Origin: Eledone cirrhosa
Taxonomy: Eukaryota
DNA: 64,000 nt
Assembly: GCA_964016885.1 (NCBI GenBank)
Contig: OZ024740.1
Location: forward strand, 61,070,001 to 61,134,000
Reading direction: 5' to 3'
Shown piece after piece: positions 24,661-36,010 of this stretch. The translations under genes were made by a program, and so were the position numbers. The notes under the pieces were generated by a model, which saw only the letters and a program-made list of their open reading frames with translations, was not told where the DNA came from and did not search any database. Numbering within the stretch: position 1 is the stretch's first letter; each line of letters opens with the position of its first letter.

Positions 24661-25422
24661 CTAAGGTGTGTGCTGCTCGGGTCAGCCTTTAGTCCCCCCC
24701 CAAAAAAAAACATACTTATTGCTCAGTGACTCCATCAAAGTTATATATGTATATACACACTTCAACAGCATTCTAATAAATATTGCCTCTACAGGTAATC
24801 AAAGTGTGTATATATTTTGGGGGAACATCCTCTATATTTTAACAAGTCTGTTTACAATTATAATGTTATGAGAGGTTATTGGAGATGTTTCCCGGTACTC
24901 CTTGCGACGCTGCTGTATTTGCTCTGTTGGTGGCTCGGTTGTCCATCCCATCCTTTATATTTTCTTTAATATTGCAACATTAAAGGAATATATCCTTCTG
25001 AAAGAATTACGAGCATTTTACAATGTTATTTAAGCATTTGTAATGTTATTTATGTATATATTTAAAACATATTTGCTAAAAAAAAGAAATTAAAAACATG
25101 ATTATATATAGTCAATAAAAAATCAGTATATTAAAAAAAAAAAGATGTTATGCTGCAGCATTAAAAGAACGCTGATAGCCTATAGCAGACCCAAAAGTGC
25201 CGTCCGGGGTGGACCGCTGTCCTCACCCGCTCTAGCTACGCTACTGGTTGGTCTAATGGTAGTATAACTGCCCAGCAAGCATGAAGGTTTCGGTTCAAGT
25301 CCCACAGCTGCTAATTTCTATTTTTTTCATTAAGGAGTTTATATGCTGTATTATTTAGATTATTTACTCTAACTTTCTCAAAGGGGTCAAAATCTCGTTA
25401 GAAAGGGCATCCATCTGTAGAA

Positions 25423-25692
25423 TGTGGTTAGAAAAAGCTATCTCAATTACCGCTTTTCATAGGTGCCGCTAAATCCCATTGCTGGTTTCTCCTCTTCCAC
25501 GTGCGTCCAACTCATTAACACCGGGAGCTGCCAAAACTCGCGTCCACACCGTTCCTGGTCACCACTAGAGAGAAGCCGATCTGCTGGCCCTTCCGGTCGA
25601 GCACCCTTCCGGCCAAGCACCCTTCCGGTCAAGCACTCTTCCGGTCGAGCACTCCCCAGCTTCCGGCCACCGCACGCCACACCATACCCACA
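25423..25692 (-). repeat. 3' LTR (270 bp)
   Basis: TGTGG...CCACA termini; matches 29364-29617. Confidence 0.92.
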
Positions 25693-28600
25693 CGCCCCCC
25701 TGATCTCAAGGATCAATTTCCCTCTCGTCCTTCTGCATATGAAAGTCTGCTGTCCAGGTTGGTGGTTTGCGACTTCTTTGCGATCTCCGCAGTGTTGGGG
25801 CAGCACTTTGGGTTTCCTCTCCCTCGGAGTCCGTTAACACAGTGATTCTATGGACATCCAGGACATGACGTGGTACTCCGTCCACGGACACATTGTTCTG
25901 GGAATTTACGGCCGTCACCGTTCCCCTTCCCCATTGAGATGTGCAACGTGCATCTGGGGCTTAACCCAGACTTCTTCGCCCACCTGCACGAATGCACTCT
26001 CTCTCCCCACTGACCGTTGTGGTGGCATGCACGGGTGCCGCCACTCGTATCTGAATACTGCTCTGTGTGGCACCGATTCCTCGACTTATCCCACCCGAGG
26101 GGACATGTTGTACCAGAACACTGCCTCCATTGGTGAGATATGGCCCCGCTCGCTATTGCCTTGATCGTCCGGTAGTGTCGCTCCACAATTCCATTCCCGC
26201 TCGGCCTGTGCGCTGCTCTGAAGAAACGGTCCATCTTCCATCCATCGAGCATCTCCCTCAGCGCCTCCGAGCAGAACGCTGCGCTGTTGTCCATCAACAG
26301 TTCGTCCACAGGGCCCCGCTCCAAGAACACCTCTCTCAACGTGATTTCCTCGGCCGTTCCAGTCTTCATCTCCCTCCATATCGCCATCCGTCCCGGTCCA
26401 CAGTCGACCATCGAGAGGTACGTTCCCTGTCGGTAGTGCGTTACATCCACCGCCAATCGCTTCCAGTCGCGATCCACCGGGAGGCTTCCCGTTTCGTGCA
26501 CACCCGGGGCGGGATCAATGGACTGACATCGGACGCAGCCTCTAACCACCCTTTGAACACTGTCTGTTAACGTCCGAGTCGATTCTCCTGGCTAGGAACA
26601 GGCTCCTATCCAGTCCCATGTGGTACATGTCATGCAACCGTTTCAGATCCGACACACGGCAGCTATCTCATCCTCTACCTCCTCCGGCGCTTCCATCCAG
26701 GCTTTCTTCACCCTAGTTAAGACGTCCGCCCTATTTTTCTATGAGGGCACGAAAACTACGCTCAGCCTCAGGTCGAACTCGGTGGCCAGCTCTCCTAAAG
26801 TTCCCAGGCGGCGCTTTATCAGCATCTCCGCTGCCCCTCTCGTTCGCACTCTCTTCTCACTGGTGAGCACTGATCTCACCCATCCGAGTACAGTAGCCGA
26901 GTCAGTGCGTATCTCGGTGGTGTGCAGTCCCCACCCCAAGGCGAGGTTCACACCTCTCAACACCGGTGTCCAGCTCGATGTGGTTGCAGTCGTCCTTCTT
27001 CCTAAGCCAGGCTGCATCCTCGACCTCAACACCTCCTATCTCCAACGTGACACCCAGCGCTATGCTGCTGGCATCGCACCATACGGTCCCGCTCTGCGAT
27101 TTGGGAACGTACCAGCGTCCCCGCACTGGGTCGTCGGCCTTCACCCTCCCCACGATCTCCTGCACCATGACCACCGTCCTCTCTCCCACTCTGTCACTCC
27201 AAGTCACCCCTCCCGCTCGTCTCTTGACATAGCTGCATGCCGTCCGGAGCCACCCAGCAATCGGGTAGTGACCCACCAACTTTCCACACACCGAGAAAAG
27301 CTCCCGCCTACTCATACTTGGGCCCAGTTCTGGAACTTCATTTCCCCTCTGGAATACCAAGACGCCCGTCATGTCTCGCTGTAGCCTAAGTCCCAGCGCG
27401 GCTCCTCCCTCCAACGCTTCTGGCGGCTTCGCAGCCAGTCCATACCCCTGTAAATGGCTCGTGACCTCCGCCGCCGACACCACAGACTCGTCCACTAGGA
27501 TGTCGTCAATGTAGGTGTTAGTGGCCCACTTCATCTTGTCGGCCTTTCCCAGAATGGTCTTGAGGACCGCCGCCATGATCTTCGGTGTGGGGCTCAGCCC
27601 GAAACCGAGCCTGGTCAGGCAATATGTCCGGCCCTTATACCTGACCAGCTGATACTGCCAGAGCTTCTCATCTATATGCAATTGCAAGTATGCCGACTTT
27701 AGATCTACGATTGCTGAACCCCCGTCATGCGTCTCCACCCACGCAGGGTTTCCCCACAGACACCCGTGACCTCGCCACCCGTGTTGCATGACACGTGCTC
27801 GTTCAGCTCCCGAAAGTCCAGCACCGGCCTCACCTTGTTCTTCGTGGGTTGTGCAACCGCCATTAACGGCAATACTCCGTACTTCACCTCCTCTTTCCAG
27901 GGAAGCAGTATGCCCTCCTCAATCCATCTCTCTACCTCTCGCTCGAACTCGCTCCCAATGTTTCCCTTCAATGTGTGTTGATAGCAGCCCACTTTGGTCT
28001 TCAGTATTGGTGGTTCTCCCTTCCAGTACCACTCAACAACCCATCGCTGCCCATCGAACACGGCCTTGAAGTCTTTGTCCTGCACAGTGTAAGCGGGGTA
28101 TTTCTCCTCGTGGGCCTTCTGGTTCTCTTGTCGCGTACTCAGCGCATACCGATGCAGCGCCGCCAAACGACACACCGACGTTGTTCACTGTGACGCTTCC
28201 TAGACGGCCAATTGCGTCCATGCCCATAACCACACCGATCCCATCCACCACGTTGTCAACTACGATAGCAGAAAGCCTTATTTTCCTTCCCCGTACCACT
28301 ATCTCCACCTCGTTGCGACCTCGGCATTCAATTTTCCTGCTGTCGACTGCCCTTACGCTGCTCTTCCCTCTCCACCTCTGAGCCACCCCCGCGGTCACCA
28401 GTGTCGTCGTACAGCCCGTGTCCACGAGGGCTCGCTGTGGCTTTCCCCTCACGAAGACTTCCACCACGGGCAGCGCCTCTACTCGTAAGGGGAAACTACC
28501 GGCGCAGTAGTTCTCCTTGGATCGTTTCCCTCGTCGCAGTTAGTAGCGATGTGGCCTGGTCGCTTACACCGGTAGCATATTATTTCCGGCCTTGACTCTC

Positions 28601-29363
28601 TACAGTCTCTAGCCATGTGCGGGCCCTGGCACCTAAAACAGCGACCTCTAAACGTTCACGGGCGACCGCGTTCCGTGGTTGCCTCCCTTTCACCATTTCG
28701 CTGCCAGCTGTCTTGAGCCTCTGTAGTTGCTATCGCCGCGACACTCTTCTTGGCATCTTCTGCTATGATCCGGGCTTGTTCCACCAGTGAACACATTTCC
28801 ATTTCTTTGTAACCCGGGACTTGCTGCAGTTTCACCGCTATGTCGTCTGGAAATCCATTTATGAACGCCAACCGCACCGTGCGTTCGCATTCCACCTGAT
28901 ATCCAGCCAACATGGCCAATCGCCGTATTTCCGCTGCGAAAATGTCAACGCGTTCACCGTTCCATCTAATTCTTGCCAGCTTAGCAAAAGCGGCTAACGG
29001 TCCCTCTGCGAACGCTTCCATCATGCGCCTCGCAATCTTTTACGCATCTCTTTGGCTGTGTTTATCCAACTCAAGGAAGAGTACCAACGCGTCCCTCTCG
29101 AGCTACAGTGCCATGAGGCCAGCCACATCTATCTTCTGTAAGCTTGCGACCAGCCGGACTTTTCACAGCCAAGCGACAACATCGCCTTCACCGGTAAATG
29201 CCCTAATCGCTTCGCTCGTTCGTAGTCTCGTCGCCATATCCTAATTTGTCTTGCGGTACGTGATAAAAAAAAAAACAACAGACTCCTCTCTGTTTTTCCA
29301 GTAGCTTTTTTTTTTTTTTTTTTTTTTTTCAATCAGATCTCAGTTTCCAGTGCCGAAATAGCT

Positions 29364-29617
29364 TGTGGTTAGAAAAATCTATCTCACTTACCGCTTTTCA
29401 TAGGCGCCGCTAAATCCCATTGCTGGTTTCTCCTCTTCCACGTGCGTCCAACTCATTAACACCGGGAGCTGCCAAAACTCGCGTCCACACCGTTCCTGGT
29501 CACCACTAGAGAGAGGCCGATCTGCTGGCCCTTCCGGTCGAGCACCCTTCCGGCCAAGCACTCTTCCGGTCGAGCACTCCCCAGCTTCCGGCCACTGCAC
29601 GCCACACCATACCCACA
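29364..29617 (-). repeat. 5' LTR (254 bp)
   Basis: Differs from the 3' LTR by about 5 substitutions and one 16-bp repeat unit. Confidence 0.92.
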
Positions 29618-30006
29618 GAATCAAACCAAAATCAGTTCTGTATGAGCAGGACACGGTCACCTGACCTGGCATTTCTCACGACAGGATAACTCGTCTAACC
29701 TATGCTAGCGTGGAAAAATGGACGTTAAACGGCGATGATGATGATAATACACACGCACACACATCATCATCATCATCATTTCCCCGCAACTGGTGCAGCC
29801 AGTCATTGGGGTGCCACTCTAGACATTTTTGCAATCAGTTGTCGCCATTGGTCTCTATTCTTCGTCATGCGTAGAAGGGTATCTGTGTTGTGATCAGTCA
29901 AGCCTCTAAAGTTGTCGGACCAAGATTTTCTTTGTCTGCCCCTTCTTCACCCTTCCTCGACTGTGCCCTGAAGAATGGTTTTGGAAAAGTTGTGGCAGGA
30001 TATATG

Positions 30007-30222
30007 TGTCGAGACACTGCATCCTTTAAAACTTCCATGCTTCCCGAGATTCGCCAACACTACACTTAATGTTCCCCCTCCATACATATACACACATGTA
30101 TATCTTGACTCATACACTATTCACTTCCCTGACATTTGTATATTATTCTATGTACTATACATGTACCTTTGACGAGTTGTAGTGCACCTGAGCACTTTAC
30201 ACAATAATTTCATTATTATTAT
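30007..30222 (+). mobile_element. 3'-terminal fragment of the CR1-group family found at 49.6-52.8 kb
   Basis: Matches 52651-52819, including gacgagttgtagtgcacctgagcactttacacaataatttc(att)n. Confidence 0.85.
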
Positions 30223-30589
30223 TTTATACCAGGCAAGCTTCTGTCTTTTCACTATCACAAGGAGTGGTTCCTGTCTGCCAGCATGTTTGTGACTTGTTAC
30301 CTAACAAAGCTGTACGGGATGTGTAGCAACCTTCTGAAGCACTTGGTTTGAATGACTGGATTTTTCGTTCCATGTCCAATTCTCACACCCATACAAAAGT
30401 CACCAAGGACTTGTACAGTTTGAGCTTCACTGGAAAACTGATGGAGTTCCATATGACGTTCAGCTTTCCCATAGCAAAAGTGGCCATACAGGGTTACTAA
30501 GTTCTCTAAGAACACATCTTTTAATAGCTCTAACTTTCTTCTAACTTGTTCTAAATATCGTTTCTTTTCAGATAAATGATGACAAACAT

Positions 30590-31255
30590 CAAGCAAATGA
30601 AAAGAACCGGTGTAATAATTGCCTTAAAGACAGAACATAGTGATTCAGAGATTGCTCGCTTCCTGAAAATTGCTTGGTCATTTGTTGTCAAAGTTTGCAA
30701 AAAGCTGGAAGCCGTGGGGGGGGGGGGGGGGTATTATACAGCAGTAACCAAACGTAAAACGCCGTCAATGATTCTAATACCATCAGAACAGCCAGGGTTT
30801 TGAGACCTTGGGTAGAGAAGGAAGACTATACACCTACCAACAAGATTATGCGCCGTTTGACAAGGCCAATCCGACCCAAGGATAAATAAATGAATTACAA
30901 TCTCCACAATCACGTCAGCCCAAACAGCTCTCCAGACCTGAATCCACCGAACTACTACATATGGGGTGTAGTGGAAAAGGAAATGAATGAACTCTCCCAT
31001 AGCACTACAAAATATTTGAAGTTTGCAATAACTAGCACAATGTCTAAAACAGATAGAGATTATGCGATTCGGAGATGTCAATGTTTCAGATCTCGTTTGT
31101 TTTGAAGCTGTCATCAATACTAACGATACTATTGAGTAGATGCGTCAAAGTCTCAAAGTTATTCATACCAATTTTTTCTCAGATAAAGTTCTTTCATGAT
31201 ATGCACCAATTTAATAAGAAACGCATATGTCCTTAAAGAACTAAGCAGCCCTGTA
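30590..31255 (+). mobile_element. Tc1/mariner-superfamily transposon relic, internally deleted
   Basis: HTH-like SDSEIARFLK; SPNSSPDLNPPNYYIWGVVE motif; terminus ...CCCTG-TA. Confidence 0.7.
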
Positions 31256-32610
31256 CATGTGTATGTATAATTCAAAATCTGAGCACACACAGCATGAACA
31301 GACAATGGAACAATACGGAGATATACCTGTCTCGCAATATGATTTCAGTGTCTTACGGTTAATATCATTCCCTCCAGCGCACATGGGAATGCAACACATA
31401 AGACCAGACGACAAAATACGGTAAATTGAACAGAGTAAGTCTGTTCAACTAAATTCACTTGTAAAAGGTAAAAAGTGTGTGGACGTACAACCTAGGATGC
31501 TTCTACAGGACTAGAACCGTTTCATTCGAAGGAAATCATCACCTTACTTACTGAACCCGGGACTCATTTACACACACACACACATTTATATCACTGGGCA
31601 TTCGTTATACAATTCCTTATGCTGAAACTTGTAACTTTTAATACCAAACATATATTCAAAAGTCTGCAGGACAATTCTTTTATCCAGTGATGGAGTTAGT
31701 TTTATAGAAGAATTCTTTACAGCTTCGTAAACTATTAGAGGCATTATTATCGACCCCGTAAGGATGAAAGGCAAAGCTAACCTCGATGGGATTTCCGAGT
31801 TCAAATCCATCCGAGGTTTGCATTGCCTTTCATCCTTACGGGGTCGATAAAATAAAGTACCAGTAATGCACTGGGGTCGGATTAATAGACTTTTCCATCC
31901 CCTTTAAATTGCTGGCTTTGTACCTAAAGTAGAAACAATTATTATAATACTGGAACCTTTTACACTGAACATCTACGGTGACACTACAACCAACGAAGAA
32001 GAGCAGTATATAATACAACTACCATCAAAGTTCACAGTATACAAGATAAACCTAACCTTTTTAGAATTTCACTATTTCTATCATCTTATTCTTAATCCAT
32101 AATTTTATTCACTATAAACTTCCTTTTATTTTATAAAAATTGGCTGAAATTTACATGAAATCCAACCAAGGGGAAATACTAGCCATGCCTTTAAAGAAGA
32201 GTTACCTCCCTGTGAAACCACTAAAATTTATAATCCTGCATCACTTTTTCATTTCCTTTTGCTCTTTGTGGCCCATGTAGCGACGAGATATATCCATTCT
32301 GCATGGTGCCTGCCAGGTTTTAATCCACAGACCTCAACTAGCTTTCATTCATGAGACCTCGTTGGTCTCTTCGTGAATATGTAGCAAGTGACCAAGAAAC
32401 TAACCATCTTCCACTATCGTGATGTTATCCTGTTGATTACTCATATGGGTCTTTTTCTTGACCTTTTTATTCGTCATGTGGTCACGCTATGAAATCTTCA
32501 GTATGGCCTTTAGACAATGTCTATGGAAGACAGCAATTTTGTAGATTCTACAGACCTTTTTCCATGTTTCACAATCATACCGTATATAAGTTGAGAAATA
32601 TGTGATAAAG

Positions 32611-32654
<44 letters not shown>

Positions 32655-34699
32655 GATGGTTAAATGGGGGGAGGGGGTCGGCATTATGAACTTCCATCTC
32701 CAATTAATCCAGTTGGATCTCCAGGCGAAACCAGCCAAGCTCATGGATGCTATCCAATTATCTTGTTCAGAGTCTACCCCTGGGTCTCCATAGAATTTGC
32801 CAATTTTTACGAACTTCAAAATTCTATGTAAATGAAGTGCTAAAATATTTTCACTTTGCAGGTGAACATTACACCGGTTTCACTTTCTACAAGAAATTCG
32901 TTTTTCATGTGTTTATAAATGAATATGGCCTTTAAAACGGTCGGGAATTGTTTAAAAAAATCATTACGTAATGGAGTTCTGAATTAAAAACTACTCTAAA
33001 CAACAATTAAAACATTTTAAATATCAAAATATTAAAACTTCATAAATATATTCTCCACTCATGATTATTTCAAAACCCTGCCATCTAAATGTTATGTCAA
33101 TTAGCTGCCTTCACTTATATACGGGATTTGGATTTTTGCCTATCTCTCAGACATAAAATAGGGATTGCTTATATTCAAGTATATATGGTAAGTCATTGTT
33201 GTCACAATTGATATATCTATAGGCTGAGCTTTGAGTTATGGCTGACAGGAGTTTGACCATCCAACTTGAACATGTCATTGGAAGCAACAAGAGTAAGACC
33301 CCCTTCGGTCACGATTGACCACAGCATTTGTACCTAGAAAGTTCTCCTCTGAGGTACATGTTTAGGCAAGGTTATTTGTGGAAGATCAGCAGTCACCCAT
33401 ACATACCAGTCTCCCCTCTCCATGCCACCGATGTTGTCCAAGGGAAAGGCAAATGCCAACACAGCTTGGCACCAGTGATGTCACAGCTCATTTCTACAGC
33501 TAAGTAAACTGGAGCAAGCAACGTGAAATAAAGTGTCTTGTTCAAGAACACAATGCAAATCTCGGTCCGAGAATCGAACTCACAACCTCGTAATTGTAAG
33601 ACCGACGCTCTAACCACTAAGCCATGCACCTTCACTGTTAGTTAACCTACTTTCTGTACAAATCAGCAATTGTTTTACATTCTTGCTTTAGCCTTAGTTC
33701 TTTGAGAAAGCATTATCATGATTTTTGTCAAGTTTGTATATTTATCCTTTCTTTAGGTTTAATGGGCAAATATTTTTTCAAGGATTTTTATGCATCACCC
33801 AGTGTTGGGGTACACACATTTGGCAGAGAATCAAAGTTCAAAAGGTTAACACTGCATGGTTGGTGTGACTGATAGTTTAATTCTCAATGTCCTGTACCAC
33901 ATGAAACCACATTAGTAAGACATTCTTGAAAAACCCAAAACAGCACTATAACTGAATCACATTAAGATTTAAAGCCCTTACTCTATTATTGCAAAGTTTA
34001 ATAATAATTTGTCCATTAATAAGACACTATAAACATTTCAATTAACAAACCCATTTAAAAAATATTTTCATTACAGAATATTGAAAGCAGAATCTAGTGG
34101 CAGCATAGCATATTTTCTTTTCACCAATACTATATCAAGAAATAGCAAGTAGTTACATTCCTTTCCTAATAATTGTTTCTACTTTTGGCACAAGGCCAGC
34201 AATCACTCCAGTGAATTACTGTTGCTTCATTTTATTGACCCCATAAGGATGAGAGGAAAAGTTGACCTCGGCAGGATCAGACTGTAAAGGGCTGGAAATC
34301 TATGCTGCAAAGCATGGCGTCTGACCCTCTACCGATTCTGTCAATTCACTGCCTATAATAATAATAATAGCAAACATCTACATGGAGTAGTGAAAGCACG
34401 AGGCTTAGTGGGTAGGGTGTTTGGCTTATGATCGTAAAATCTTGAGTTTGATTCCTTGACTGGGTAGCACATTATGACCTTGAGCAAGAAGCTTTATTTC
34501 ACATTGCTCAAGTTCACTCAACTGGGAAAAATAAGTTGTACCTATAATTTAAAAGATCAGTCTTGTGTCACACTGAATTTCCCCAAGAACTATGTTAAGG
34601 GTGCACATATATGCAGAATGCTCATCCACTTAGACAAATTTTATGAGCAGGCAGTTCTGTTGATTGAATCAACTGGAAACGACGATAGATGTCCAACAT

Positions 34700-34868
34700 T
34701 AAGTACTTCAATGACTCAGTTCGAGATAGAACAACACTGAAACCAGCAGCTTGGTTAAGATATGTGGATGATACTCTTCTGACAACACCAAGAGAATGTT
34801 TAAGCTTTTGTAATGAACTCACTACATACATCAATCCTGTTTACTTTGAGGTTAGAGAAACCACAATG

Positions 34869-34870
<2 letters not shown>
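34700..34870 (+). mobile_element. Penelope-like RT fragment
   Basis: KPAAWLRYVDDT...F...L..INP motif. Confidence 0.6.
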
Positions 34871-34899
<29 letters not shown>

Positions 34900-35070
34900 C
34901 ATATATGTGTATAATTGAAACACAAATAAATATATTAAGAATGAAACGGGCAATAAATACATAGACAGTGTATATCTTATATATGCACATGCATGTGTTC
35001 ACACACACACACACACAAACCCAAAGAACAAGAAACCCAGATCAATTATGTTAAAATTTTAAAATTTCTG

Positions 35071-35076
35071 TTTATT
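35071..35076 (-). promoter_or_regulatory. Candidate GNS polyadenylation signal AATAAA
   Basis: About 790 nt after the stop codon, followed by GT/T-rich sequence on the minus strand. Confidence 0.45.
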
Positions 35077-35863
35077 TCAAAAAAGAAAAGAAAATTATAT
35101 ATATATATTATATAAAACTTAGGCACACACACATGTATGTGATTGCATCAGCTTATATAATGTTTTGGGGCAGAATTATAAATTGATGTAAAAAAAATAT
35201 TGAAAAATACTTACCATGCAAGACTATAATTATCATCATTGGTTTAAATTGCATTATTTCTATGAGAATATTCTCAAAATTACAACATCGCAGCTTTATA
35301 AAATGCAAGAAATACAGAGAAATATTTTTCAAAAGTATACAAATTATTATTTTTTTTTTTATTGTTGCAGTTGTTAAAATTACTTTGCTTCATGATAGTA
35401 TCACAGTCACTGAGGAAAGTTCTCAGCCAAAACATTTCATTAATCAGGAGTATGTTGGGTGAAATTATGGATTCATCATTAACATTGGTTTTATGTTCAT
35501 ATGTCTACATTGTCATGGATTATACAGGCATCTCTCCATTCTACATGTATCCCATGAGGTGATTGAAATATATTATGATTTAGATGATATTTTAAAAGGA
35601 TTATTATTTTATACATTTTTTTCTACTTTTATTATTTGTTTTTGTAATATATTTTGATTGAAGAGTTTTCAACTGAATAATGCTTATTCTTAAAATAATA
35701 AAAAAAAAAGCATTAAACTTTACAGAAAAAATCATTAAAAAAAATAGATATCTCTATGTATGTGTTTGTGTATGCGTGTTATACAGATGTTTTAAAAAGT
35801 GTACTTTAAAAAAGAATCTTTGAAGCATTCATTACATTGCTAGTTCATTTCTCTAAAGAAGGG

Positions 35864-36010
35864 CTAGTCCACTTGACAAGAAGGACCAGAACACAAAGAT
35901 AATGTGGCCAAAGTTTGGCTGAGTTGTAACACAATTTTAGGGTCAGCACTCTTGGCAATGTTGGTAATTTCTGCAGCATCCTTCCCAAGGTCATACATTT
36001 CAATGAAATG
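35864..36010 (-). CDS. GNS: GNS last coding exon HFIEMYDL...CSGPSCQVD*
   Basis: AG acceptor; TAG stop at 35866-35864. Confidence 0.9.
   Translation of the reverse strand, partial: HFIEMYDLGKDAAEITNIAKSADPKIVLQLSQTLATLSLCSGPSCQVD

Larger units (their letters stand above)
25423..29617 (-). mobile_element. Ty3/Gypsy-like LTR retrotransposon, both LTRs present, frameshift-disrupted
   Basis: Gag with two zinc knuckles (CFRCQGPHMARDC, CYRCKRPGHIATNC), protease ALVDTG, RT YIDD, RNase H DASS, integrase (DNS...NGIVER), in the order PR-RT-RH-IN; purine tract next to the 3' LTR at 25693-25705. Confidence 0.92.

Noticed and set aside
25245-25312. tRNA-like A and B boxes
   Set aside because: No complete cloverleaf; more likely a SINE head than a tRNA gene.
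25585-25670. CRISPR-like regularly spaced repeats
   Set aside because: Simple tandem units within an LTR with no unique spacers, in a eukaryotic context.
26620-27384. 254-aa plus-strand ORF
   Set aside because: Antisense to the GC-rich Gypsy pol region, with no recognisable motifs.
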